Shown piece by piece: positions 1-33,974 of a DNA stretch of 64,000 nt. The stretch spans positions 310,001 to 374,000 of the forward strand of contig OZ249436.1 of the NCBI GenBank assembly GCA_965235115.1. The letters are read 5' to 3'. The notes beneath the pieces are model-generated. The model was not told where the DNA came from. It made no database searches and saw only the letters and a list, made by a program, of their open reading frames with translations. The DNA comes from Laetmonice hystrix (taxonomy: Eukaryota). How positions within the stretch are numbered: the stretch's first letter is position 1; every line of letters begins with the position of its first letter. Made by a program: the position numbers and the translations under genes.

Positions 1-539
1 GACGTAAAGTCACTCACTTACTCACACGGCTGTGTGCACGGAGTGGAAACCATTGCCGTTCATTCCAAACATAAGATTTGAATCCGCAGTAGAACTTAAT
101 GATATCTGTACTTCTCTACTCAAATGTAAATAAAACGATCCATATTCCTTTTCTTTTAGAACATGAGAATATGCCTTAGAGAAAAAGAACCCATTCCATT
201 TCATTTCCCGTCGTCTAACTTGTTGTGAGGAAACATTAAAGTGAACCCCAGGGTTTCAACGATGAATCAATATCAGAACTAAAACACTGATAGAAACACA
301 GAGGATTGTGTCATGATCCAAGACAATCATTAAAATGTAATTATCTTTCACAGCACCACCATCAGAATTAAATTGCTGGTATATTTGTCTCAGAACCTTT
401 CAACCTTTTCTTATAATCTAAACGTGTTAGGTGTAATCTGTCACGTACTCAAACACCGAGATGGTGTTTAAGGCTCCGTTGTGTGACCACAGCACCTCTC
501 ACCTCGAAATATCTTCAAGCCGCATGTGAAATGGTCTGT

Positions 540-1465
540 TGACCGGTTAGTGAGCTTTCCGTAACTTAAGGTTAGAGGACTGCTTTATTGACCGTGGTTA
601 GTGAACTTTCCATAAGGTTGGTGGATCGGTTTATTGACCGTGGTTAGTGAACTTTCCTTAAGGTTGGTGGATCAGTTTATTGACTGTGGTTAGTGAACTT
701 TCCGTAAGGTTGGTGGATCAGTTTATTGACCGTGGTTAGTGAACTTTCCTTAAGGTTGGTGGATCAGTTTATTGACCGTGGTTAGTGAACTTTCCTTAAG
801 GTTGGTGGATCAGTTTATTGACCGGTTAGTGAACTTTCCGTAAGGTTGGTGGATCAGTTTATTGACCGGTTAGTGAACTTTCCTTTAGGTTGGTGGATCA
901 GTTTATTGACCGTGGTTAGTGAACTTTCCGTAAGGTTGGTGGATCAGTTTATTGACCGTGGTTAGTGAACTTTCCTTAAGGTTGGTGGATCAGTTTATTG
1001 ACCGTGGTTAGTGAACTTTCCGTAAGGTTGGTGAATCAGTTTATTGACCGTGGTTAGTGAACTTTCTGTAAGGTTGGTGGATCAGTTTATTGACCGTGGT
1101 TAGTGAACTTTCCTTAAGGTTGGTGGATCAGTTTATTGACCAGTTAGTGGACTTTCCATAAGGTTGGTGGATCGGTTATTGACTCTGTAAGGTTAGTGGA
1201 TCGGTTTATTGACCGGTTAGTGGACTTTCTGTAAGGTTGGTGGATCAGTTTATTGACCGTGGTTAGTGAACTTTCTGTAAGGTTAGTGGATCGGTTTATT
1301 GACTGGTTAGTGGACTTTCTGTAAGGTTAGTGGATCGGTTTATTGACCGGTTAGTGAACTTTCTGTAAGGTTAGTGGATCAGTTTATTGACCAGTTAGTG
1401 GACTTTCTGTAAGTTTAGTGGATCAGTTTATTGACCAGTTAGTGGACTTTCCATAACGTTGGTGG
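540..1465. repeat. Minisatellite, 44-46 bp unit, ~20 copies
   Basis: ttattgaccgtggttagtgaactttccttaaggttggtggatcagt. Confidence 0.95.
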
Positions 1466-2609
1466 TTTTCCCCAGATACACCAGTTTCATCCACCGGTAA
1501 AGTTGACCTCCACGATTTGATCGTGGCTCATGCGGAGGCATACAACCACAAAATGAAACCCAGAATCAAGGTAGAAGTTCTACTTCACTACAGTAGCGAA
1601 GTCTCTGACACGCCGTGGGAAATGTTTCAATTACTCTGGCGTCAAGAGCGTCTCTTTAAGGCGTCAGGCAGTGCGCTTTAACGCTGATCTCCACTTGTCC
1701 ATCTTAAGTTTTAATGATTTACGGCTGCAGAAATCCCATCTGGAACTTTAGCAAAAAAAAAAGGAAGGGGGACGCAAGAATTTTCTACTGGTGCGAGTAG
1801 GTATCAAAGCGAAGCGGAACTCACCTTTAAAGGTGTGTAACTCTCAGGTAGACGTAATCTTTCCTTTTAGTCTCGTGCCGAACACTGCTGGCTGGCCTGG
1901 AGGCTGGCTGGAAGGCTGGCAGGCTGGCTGGCTGGCTGGTAGTAGGTGGCTGGCAGGTTGGGTAGCTGGCTTTCCCCAGTAATGTTCTAGGAAGCAGTGA
2001 GGTCAGGATGAGTCTGTGCTCGCTGGAGGGAGGCTGAAGACAGTTTGAGATAATTGGTTTCCAGAACCGTCTCAACTCCAGCCAAGGTGGGACAGAATCA
2101 CTAGAAATCCTACAAGTGTTGTCGTACTTCGGAGATGCTCGTTAGGAGCATGTATGTGTTTGTAAAACAGCCGCACTTCTGTCTCCTTAAGTGCTTAACC
2201 CCAGTGGATGGACTCGCTTTAAAACGCAGACAGGAGTTTTTGGAGATGCTTCACGCCTGAACTGGGAAGTAGTGAGTGAATTCACTCTCGTCACGTTGTA
2301 GTAGGGATGGAGAGACAGGCGCGCGCTGATCGTCATACCAACTGCAGCGGCAGTGTTGATGCTTCCTGTCTTGTAGTGGTTCGGGACGGGGTTTGGTTGC
2401 CAGGGACTGCGTGGATGGGGAGGGCAGAGCCTGTGTACGAGCTGGCTGGTTGGTTGGTAGAGCGACCGTTTGTCCAGGTGCTGCAGGCAGAGCGGCCGCC
2501 GGCTTGATGCGGGCGGGGCCGGTGTCCTTCCGCCCTTCCCAGTTCTCCGTTTGGGTGGCTGCATATTTGGGTGTGTTTGCATAGTTCTCTTGAAACTATT
2601 AGCAATTTC

Positions 2610-3266
2610 AGGCCCTGGTTTCAGAAAGGCTCTAATCAGCAAGCTGTAAGCTAAGCAGAGCTACGGGACATAAATCTTTCTAGATTGATTTTCATCGATA
2701 TTTTCACAGTGACATAGGCGCCAGAAGCGGGGGGGGGGAGGGGGGGGGCGACCGCCCCCTCAATAATCTGGTTGGGGGGGGCATCGCCCCCCCCCCAATA
2801 ATCTGTGATCATGAATTAAAAAAGCAGGTTTTTCCACATACAGTAGGCCTGTTGAAACCGTGACTTGGGTGCCTCAAAGACTGGGTCGATTGTCCTAATG
2901 ATACATTGTAACCTATTCATTCACGCCTTCAAAACATAAAAAATCCTGCCTCAAAATGGTGTAGAAAAGCGTTTTAATGTGTGTAGTTTTCAGAATTTTC
3001 TCAGGGAGGGCCTCCGACCTAACAATGTTGTAGCCTATGACTTTCGCTTCAGCTCTCTTGCCCCCCCCCCCCCCAATAATAATTTGCTCCCGGTGCCCCT
3101 GCACAGTGATAATAATTTAACCGTGGTGGTAATATTTTCACTGCGGGGAAAATATCTATGAAAATCAATATAGAAAAGTTTAATAGACCTCGTGGGCCAC
3201 CGTAGCCCAGCTTAGCTTCAAGCTTACTGCTTAGAGCCTTTCTGAAACCTTTCTGAAACCGGGCCA
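2610..3266. mobile_element. MITE with ~55-bp imperfect terminal inverted repeats, carrying a nested MITE
   Basis: ggccctggtttcagaaaggctctaa...gctacgg at left is the reverse complement of ccgtagc...ttagagcctttctgaaacc...gggcc at right. Confidence 0.7.
2713..3101. mobile_element. hAT-type MITE with 8-bp target-site duplication CACAGTGA
   Basis: TSD at 2705-2712 and 3102-3109; imperfect TIR CATAGGCGCCAGAAGC / GCTCCCGGTGCCCCTG. Confidence 0.75.
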
Positions 3267-3292
3267 AGGTATGCATTGCCTCACTTCTCTAA

Positions 3293-3706
3293 ATACTATA
3301 TTTTCTCTTCCATAAGTCGCTCCACAATTTTCCTATCCACCATTTATTATCGCCAATCTAAGGTACTATATTTTCTCTTCCATAATTCTCTCCACAATTT
3401 TCCTATCCACCATTTATTATCGCCAATCAAAGTACTATATTTTCTCTTCCATAATTCTCCCCACAATTTTCCTATCCACCATTTATTATCGCCAATCTAA
3501 GGTACTATATTTTCTCTTCCATAATTCTCTCCACAATTTTCCTATCCACCATTTATTATCGCCAATCTATAAGTACTATATTTTCTCTTCCATAATTCGC
3601 TCCACAATTTTCCTATCCACCATTTATTATCGCCAATCAAAGTACTATATTTTCTCTGCCATAACTCGCTCCACAATTTTCCTATCCACCATTTATTATC
3701 GTCAAT
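3293..3706. repeat. Minisatellite, ~70 bp unit, ~6 copies
   Basis: actatattttctcttccataa...ttattatcgccaatc. Confidence 0.95.
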
Positions 3707-4272
3707 CAGTTTGCAGACGACCAGAGTTGTGAATCCAAACTGCGACACGCGTGCGCACTTTGATGCCGCATGTATCAATAAGAAACCATGGCCACCCCCG
3801 GAGACCTGAGACCGCCGGAGAGCTGAGACTGGGACACCGGTTTAATACGGTGGGGGGAGTAGATGGTGGCGGCGTTTGTCAGGCGAGCCGTGCCGCCCGC
3901 AATGCCAGATGACACCCTCCCCGGCCCCCTTCGCCCAAACCTCCCTGAGTGTGAATAACCTCGTCAGGACCATTCACACCATCATCCCCTCGGGTCGGCC
4001 CGGCCAGGAGTCGTCGACCTTAGAGTCTAGTTAGGATTCCGTCAACATCCCTGCCATCGATTTTTATTCAGATCTTTGATATCTTCACTTAGTTTGGTTA
4101 ATGAATAGGCTGTGTGTAGGCGAGGTGTCCTCAATGACCAGTTTTACCTTGCGCTCATAATTAACCAGAACTGCCTTCTATACGTCGAGCCGCAGCTGCA
4201 CCGTTGGCGCCGACAAGTTGGGTGGGTGGGTGGGGGGAGTAGTAGATGGAACTGTTGCTGTGGTAAGCCCCC

Positions 4273-6111
4273 CTCGCACGACCTGCTGCAGTACGTTATT
4301 ATACGTGAGTGGCGTGTATTACTCGCACGACCGGCTGCAGTACGTTATTATACGTGAGTGGCGTGTATTACTCGCACGACCGGCTGCAGTACGTTATTAT
4401 ACGTGAGTGGCGTGTATTACTCGCACGACCGGCTGCAGTACGTTATTATACGTGAGTGGCGTGTATTACTCGCACGACCGGCTGCAGTACGTTATTATAC
4501 GTGAGTGGCGAGTATTACTCGCACGACCGGCTGCAGTACGTTATTATACGTGAGTGGCGTGTATTACTCGCACGACCGGCTGCAGTACGTTATTACACGT
4601 GAGTGGCGTGTATTACACGCACGACCGGCTGCAGTACGTTATTACACGTGAGTGGCGTGTATTACTCGCACGACCGGCTGCAGTACGTTATTACACGTGA
4701 GTGGCGTGTATTACTCGCACGACCGGCTGCAGTACGTTATTACACGTGAGTGGCGTGTATTACTCGCACGACCGGCTGCAGTACGTTATTATACGTGAGT
4801 GGCGAGTATTACTCGCACGACCGGCTGCAGTACGTTATTATACGTGAGTGGCGTGTATTACTCGCACGACCGGCTGCAGTACGTTATTATACGTGAGTGG
4901 CGTGTATTACTCGCACGACCGGCTGCAGTACGTTATTATACGTGAGTGGCGTGTATTACTCGCACGACCGGCTGCAGTACGTTATTATACGTGAGTGGCG
5001 TGTATTACTCGCACGACCGGCTGCAGTACTTTATTATACGTGAGTGGCGTGTATTACACGCACGACCGGCTGCAGTACGTTATTATACGTGAGTGGCGTG
5101 TATTACTCGCACGACCGGCTGCAGTACGTTATTATACGTGAGTGGCGTGTATTACTCGCACGACCGGCTGCAGTACGTTATTATACGTGAGTGGCGTGTA
5201 TTACTCGCACGACCGGCTGCAGTACGTTATTATACGTGAGTGGCGTGTATTACTCGCACGACCGGCTGCAGTACGTTATTATACGTGAGTGGCGTGTATT
5301 ACTCGCACGACCGGCTGCAGTACGTTATTATACGTGAGTGGCGTGTATTACTCGCACGACCGGCTGCAGTACGTTATTATACGTGAGTGGCGTGTATTAC
5401 TCGCACGACCGGCTGCAGTACGTTATTATACGTGAGTGGCGTGTATTACACGCACGACCGGCTGCAGTACGTTATTATACGTGAGTGGCGTGTATTACTC
5501 GCACGACCGGCTGCAGTACGTTATTATACGTGAGTGGCGTGTATTACTCGCACGACCGGCTGCAGTACGTTATTATACGTGAGTGGCGTGTATTACTCGC
5601 ACGACCGGCTGCAGTACGTTATTATACGTGAGTGGCGTGTATTACTCGCACGACCGGCTGCAGTACGTTATTATACGTGAGTGGCGTGTATTACTCGCAC
5701 GACCGGCTGCAGTACGTTATTATACGTGAGTGGCGTGTATTACTCGCACGACCGGCTGCAGTACGTTATTATACGTGAGTGGCGTGTATTACTCGCACGA
5801 CCGGCTGCAGTACGTTATTATACGTGAGTGGCGTGTATTACTCGCACGACCGGCTGCAGTACGTTATTATACGTGAGTGGCGAGTATTACTCGCACGACC
5901 GGCTGCAGTACGTTATTATACGTGAGTGGCGTGTATTACTCGCACGACCGGCTGCAGTACGTTATTATACGTGAGTGGCGTGTATTACTCGCACGACCGG
6001 CTGCAGTACGTTATTATACGTGAGTGGCGTGTATTACTCGCACGACCGGCTGCAGTACGTTATTATACGTGAGTGGCGTGTATTACTCACACGACCAGCT
6101 GCAGTACGTTA
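4273..6111. repeat. Minisatellite, 49 bp CpG-rich unit, ~37 copies
   Basis: ctcgcacgaccggctgcagtacgttattatacgtgagtggcgtgtatta. Confidence 0.97.
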
Positions 6112-6622
6112 ACCCTGACCAAAATATCATATTTATATCGTCCAGAAAAAAAGGCAAAATGTGAATAATATTTTGATATTATTTATTAAGTATTAAATCG
6201 CGATCGTTATAATTACAGTACATCATCGTAGCAGATGCATGTGAAGCACCAATTGGGAACGCTCTATTCTTAGACTACATAAATCAGTGTATGCTCACAG
6301 AAATTAAGAAATCTAAGAAATTCAACATTCCAGTTGCCTGTTGTCGCTATGAAGCGATCGTCTTATGGCTGGTTAACAAAATAGTTGACCTGGCATTGAC
6401 TTGAGCAGCCAATAAATTCATGGGGTCATCGCCCATGTCTGTTTGTATACATTTATTGATGTGTGTAGTCTGAGGCCTTATCTAACCTAACGGCACATGT
6501 CTGCATTTTGGAGTCAGTGAAAGTCGAGATGGTCTATGATAATACGCCTCGAGCATATACGGGCATAACATCGTCGAGACCTCGCGCCTCGTGTGATATA
6601 CACGTTAACACACTTTAAAACA

Positions 6623-6918
6623 ATACAGTTAGCGGTTTCATGAAGTTATGATACAGTTAGCGGTTTCACGAAGTTATGATACAGTTAGCACTTTCATGAA
6701 GTTATGATACAGTTAGCGGTTTCATGAAGTTATGATACAGTTAGCGGTTTCATGAAGTTATGATACAGTTAGCGGTTTCATGAAGTTATGATACAGTTAG
6801 CGGTTTCATGAAGTTATGATACAGTTAGCGGTTTCATGAAGTTATGATACAGTTAGCGGTTTCATGAAGTTATGATACAGTTAGCGGTTTCATGAAGTTA
6901 TGATACAGTTAGCGGTTT
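6623..6918. repeat. Minisatellite, 28 bp unit, ~10 copies
   Basis: atacagttagcggtttcatgaagttatg. Confidence 0.95.
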
Positions 6919-7305
6919 ACAAGTATACGCCCACCCACTTCAGCATTCAGTTGGCAGGCAGGCTAACACTACATGTAGAGATCTTGTTTATCCGATCACA
7001 TTCCTGAGACGTGGTGATTTAAACCATGTTAGAACTGTTAGTTTTCATTCACAGGACTAGTGTGGATCTTCCGGGATAGAAATGTCGACTTGGATGGAAT
7101 TATAATGGCACGATTGGAACAGTCAGATGTAACCCATCCACGAGGCTGATACCTTCATGCATGGGCCTATCTGCGTTTTTTGGTTTTACTCTTGTTTTGG
7201 GGGTTCAGTTTTTACCCCCTCTCCTTGTTTTTTAAGGTTTTATGTGTACTTCCTGCCCAGAGTAAGATATTTACCATAATTGGAATACCTTGATCTTGGA
7301 ATGAG

Positions 7306-8283
7306 ATTTGGTGCCGGAAAGTTTTCCATCAATGACTGGGCGGTACGTTACTGTGACGACCGACTAGATGTAACCCTGCAGTAGATGTACCTGTGACAAA
7401 ACGTTTCGATATCTATAGAAGAATTTATTTGGTGCCGGTTATAAGTTTTCCTCAATGACTGGGCGGTACGTTACTGTGACGACCGACTAGATGTAACCCA
7501 GCAGTAGATGTACCTCTGACAAAACGTTTCGATATCTATAGAAGAATTTATTTGGTGCCGGAAAGTTTTCCTCAATGACTGGGCGGTACGTTACTGTGAC
7601 GACCGACTAGATGTAACCCAGCAGTAGATGTACCTGTGACAAAACGTTTCGATATCTATAGAAGAATTTATTTGGTGCCGGTTATAAGTTTTCCTCAATG
7701 ACTGGGCGGTACGTTACTGTGACGACCGACTAGATGTAACCCTGCAGTAGATGTACCTCTGACAAAACGTTTCGATATCTATAGAAGAATTTATTTGGTG
7801 CCGGAAAGTTTTCCTCAATGACTGGGCGGTACGTTACTGTGACGACCGACTAGGTGTAACCCTGCAGTAGATGTACCTGTGACAAAACGTTTCGATATCT
7901 ATAGAAGAATTTATTTGGTGCCGGTTATAAGTTTTCCATCAATGACTGGGCGGTACGTTACTGTGACGACCGACTAGATGTAACCCAGCAGTAGATGTAC
8001 CTGTGACAAAACGTTTCGATATCTATAGAAGAATTTATTTGGTGCCGGTTATAAGTTTTCCTCAATGACTGGGCGGTACGTTACTGTGACGACCGACTAG
8101 ATGTAACCCTGCAGTAGATGTACCTGTGACAAAACGTTTCGATATCTATAGAAGAATTTATTTGGTGCCGGTTATAAGTTTTACATCAATGACTGGGCGG
8201 TACGTTACTGTGACGACCGACTAGATGTAACCCTGCAGTAGATGTACCTCTGACAAAACGTTTCGATATCTATAGAAGAATTC
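7306..8283. repeat. Tandem repeat, ~121-124 bp unit, ~8 copies
   Basis: atttggtgccgg...gatatctatagaagaattt. Confidence 0.95.
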
Positions 8284-8794
8284 ATCCTTTTTGCCGGGAA
8301 AGAATCATGGATTTTGTCAAAGTACAAGTATTTAATCCAGCTCAGTTTTGTCGACATGAGAAAGATAGCGGTACAGAAGTTGATTTTCCTTCATTCAAAG
8401 CCGGCCAGATAGAGCGAATAATGGAGAGACAGGTGATCAATAGAGATTTGCACACCATGAACATTGTATGTGTGTGTTCCTGGTGTCTGAGGTGGGAATG
8501 ATCAAAGTATGCAGGCTATATCTGTTCACGAGGTTTTACAAACAAAAGAATTTACCTGTAATATATGTGATGTTGGGGTGCATCCAAGGTCGATACGGTT
8601 TCAGCCCTCAGGGGGAATGAGGATAAAAAGGTTTTATGTTGCAAAGAACATACATCACCAGTAAGTCGTCGTTACCAAAGTCACTTTTATTTCACGTCGC
8701 TGAAAAGGGAAAAGACTAAAAATAAAACGACACGTCGTAGAAATTTAATACACCTTTCAACCCTTTCTTAGAATATAGAGACAGACAGAGAAAG

Positions 8795-9080
8795 TCTGTC
8801 TCTATGTGTCCATCTGTCATGACCTGGCACTCACCCAACTGTCTGTCTGTCTGTCTGTCTGTCTGTTATGACCTGGCACTCACCCAACTGTCTGTCTGTT
8901 ATGACCTGGCACTCACCCAACTGTCTGTGTGTTTCTGTCTGTATGTGTCTGTCATGACCTGGCACTCACCCAACTGTCTGTGTGTTTCTGTCTGTATGTG
9001 TCTGTCATGACCTGGCACTCACCCAACTGTCTGTGTGTTTCTGTCTGTATGTGTCTGTCATGACCTGGCACTCACCCAAC

Positions 9081-9111
<31 letters not shown>

Positions 9112-9646
9112 ATGTGTCTATATGTCATGACCTGGCACTCACCCAACTGTCTGGCTGTCTGTCCGTCTGTTATGACCTGGCACTCACCCAACTGTCTGTC
9201 TGTCTGTATGTGTCTATATGTCATGACCTGGCACTCACCCAACTGTCTGGCTGTCTGTCTGTTATCACCTGGCACTCACCCAACTGTCTGTCTGTCTGTC
9301 TGTCTGTTATGACCTGGCACTCACCCAACTGTCTGTCTGTCTGTCTGTTATGACCTGGCACTCACCCAACTGTCTGTCTGTCTGTCTGTCTGTTATGACC
9401 TGGCACTCACCCAACTGTCTGTCTGTCTGTCTGTTATGACCTGGCACTCACCCAACTGTCTGTCTGTCTGGCTGTCTGTCTGTTATGACCTGGCACTCAC
9501 CCAACTGTCTGTCTGTCTGTCTGTCTGTTATGACCTGGCACTCGCCCAACTGTCTGTCTGTCTGTATGTGTCTGTATGTCATGACCTGGCACTCACCCAA
9601 CTGTCTGGCTATCTGTCTGTCTGTTATGACCTGACACTCACCTAAC
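8795..9646. repeat. Composite minisatellite: atgacctggcactcacccaac plus variable (TCTG)n
   Basis: ~19 copies; ends ~15 bp before the LIG1 acceptor. Confidence 0.95.
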
Positions 9647-9661
9647 GTTATTTTCCTCCAG

Positions 9662-31214
<21,553 letters not shown>

Positions 31215-31219
31215 CGTGA

Positions 31220-31470
31220 TGTGACCTAGATGTCTGAGATTGCAAATAGTGGGCAGCAGGAAGAGAGATGTACAGATCATAGTAACGTGACCTAGATATC
31301 TGAGATTGCACATAGTGGGCAACAAGAAGAGAGATGTACAGATCATAGTAACGTGACCTAGATATCTGAGATTGCACATAGTGGGCAACAAGAAGAGAGA
31401 TGTACAGATCATAGTAACGTGACCTAGATATCTGAGATTGCACATAGTGGGCAACAAGAAGAGAGATGAC
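31220..31470. repeat. Tandem repeat, 66 bp unit, ~4 copies, directly after LIG1 stop
   Basis: gtgacctagatatctgagattgcacatagtgggcaacaagaagagagatgtacagatcatagtaac. Confidence 0.93.
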
Positions 31471-31873
31471 CCGTACAGATCATCGTAGGGTATGAACAGA
31501 TTGTAAGACAAAAAATGACCTCTCATTTTAGAACAGAACTACACTGTACACTGGGGAATTATGAGGTGTCCCAAACGTTGTCACTGTTCTCCCACTAGTT
31601 GATGGGACAGTTTTTATTTTCACGTTGAAGACCATCAACTGGGGCAGTCGGAGATCATGGATTCAGCCGTTACTTTCGTACAACAAAGATCAACCCAACG
31701 GTTATCGCTAGAGTTGGTCAGTTACGAGGAGGACGAGGCGAAATATTACCGTGTGTAGGAAAACAAAAGTTGACAAAGGCCGACAGTTATTGAATAGAAT
31801 GGTAGAAGAGTTTATCTTGGAGAGCGTAATACTGACATGTTAGCCTGGAGACTGCGGCCAGAATGGTGTAATC

Positions 31874-32114
31874 TACCACTATAATTGTTTTGATGAGGTG
31901 AAATGGTGTACCACTATAATTGTTTTGATGAGGTGAAATGGTGTACCACTATAATTGTTTTGATGAGGTGAAATGGTGTACCACTATAATTGTTTTGATG
32001 AGGTGAAATGGTGTACCACTATAATTGTTTTGATGAGGTGAAATGGTGTACCACTATAATTGTTTTGATGAGGTGAAATGGTGTACCACTATAATTGTTT
32101 TGATGAGGTGAAAT
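31874..32114. repeat. Minisatellite, 35 bp unit, ~7 copies
   Basis: taccactataattgttttgatgaggtgaaatggtg. Confidence 0.95.
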
Positions 32115-32184
32115 CCCGGACTTTGTCCAGGTTCACTTTACTCTCCAGCCTATCGTGCGGGAAATAGTAATGTGGATGTCCATT

Positions 32185-32242
32185 GTAGAATAAAGTTATG
32201 TTTAAAAACGTAGGTGCATGAATTGAAACTTTTATAATAAAA
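32185..32242 (+). promoter_or_regulatory. Candidate LIG1 polyadenylation signals (two AATAAA)
   Basis: AATAAA near 32189 and 32236, ~1 kb after the stop codon. Confidence 0.4.
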
Positions 32243-32534
32243 GATTTTGCATAAAAGAAACCTGAAGTCGCGTGTTCATATTTTATATCGCCTCAAGGCG
32301 GGTTTGTATCGCCTCAACTTCCGTAGCCGATTATGAAATACTTCTGTAGCCGATCATGAAATACTTCCGTAGCCGACCATGAAAGATAAAAATCTTCAAA
32401 AAGATTGACACAAAAATGGTTCTTTTGAAACTTTATTTCAATTGGTTGGGTGAAAAATTAACTGCAGGCGAGATTTACGGAAATATGCCGCCTTCACCAC
32501 ACTATCTTCGCGAGATAAGAAATCGATACCTGAT

Positions 32535-33515
32535 ATACTAGAGTCCTTGCTATACTAGAGTCCTTGCTATACACATCTATGTATACACTAGAGTCCTTGC
32601 TATGCACATCTATGTATACACTAGAGTCCTTGCTATACTAGAGTCCTTGATACACATCTATGTATGCACTAGAGTCCTTGCTATACACATCTATGTATAC
32701 ACTAGAGTCCTTGCTATACTAGAGTCCTTGCTATACTAGAGTCCTTGCTATACACATCTATGTATACACTAGAGTCCTTGCTATACTAGAGTCCTTGCTA
32801 TGCACATCTATGTATACACTAGAGTCCTTGCTATGCACATCTATGTATACACTAGAGTCCTTGCTATACTAGAGTCCTTGCTATACACATCTATGTATAC
32901 ACTAGAGTCCTTGCTATACTAGAGTCCTTGCTATACACATCTATGTATACACTAGAGTCCTTGCTATACACATCTATGTATACACTAGAGTCCTTGCTAT
33001 ACACATCTATGTATATACTAGAGTCCTTGCTATACACATCTATGTATACACTAGAGTCCTTGCTATACACATCTATGTATACACTAGAGTCCTTGCTATA
33101 CACATCTATGTATACACTAGAGCCCTTGCTATACTAGAGTCCTTGCTATACACATCTATGTATACACTGGAGTCCTTGCTATACACATCTATGTATACAC
33201 GAGTCCTTGCTATACTAGAGTCCTTGCTATACTAGAGTCCTTGCTATACACATCTATGTATGCACTAGAGCCCTTGCTATACTAGAGTCCTTGCTATACT
33301 AGAGTCCTTGCTATACACATCTATGTATACACTGGAGTCCTTGCTATACACATCTATGTATACACGAGTCCTTGCTATACTAGAGTCCTTGCTATACTAG
33401 AGTCCTTGCTATACACATATATGTATACACTAGAGTCCTTGCTATACTAGAGTCCTTGCTATACACATCTATGTATACACTAGAGTCCTTGCTATACTAG
33501 AGTCCTTGCTATACA
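32535..33515. repeat. Composite minisatellite of 17 bp and 33 bp units
   Basis: actagagtccttgctat with or without acacatctatgtatac. Confidence 0.95.
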
Positions 33516-33974
33516 GATCCATGCTAAATCGCGATGATTCCAAACATAATTTCACCAGCAAAAATGTTGCTTGCGGGCCCTGAAATATTTTTGCTTGTTA
33601 AGACTGTAAGGAAGAGACAGAAAAGAGATGGGGGGGGGGTACCACCTCATGACATGGTGACGCTCGGGCCGGTCGTAGACTGCCTGAATCGACCAAATGT
33701 TGACGGGTTGAGGGAACGTAAATTTGTCTCATGAAATGACAAGAATTAGGCGGGAAGCAGCACCAGACGTGACCGATTTATTATGATAGGCCCTACGGCT
33801 GTATGTGGTTACCACGCGGCCGTATCGGCCGACATCGCCAATATTAGTAGAGGCGACAATACTAGTAATGTCAACGTGCAAGTTGGAATGTAAAAAGACG
33901 TGATTTTTTAAAAGACCGTGTTTATTGTTCGGGTGAGGTGGACCTCGGGACGATGCATGTTGGATTTTTTTTTT

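Noticed and set aside
4273..6111. CRISPR-like regular repeats (here and other arrays)
   Set aside because: Head-to-tail units with no unique spacers, no cas genes, eukaryotic context.
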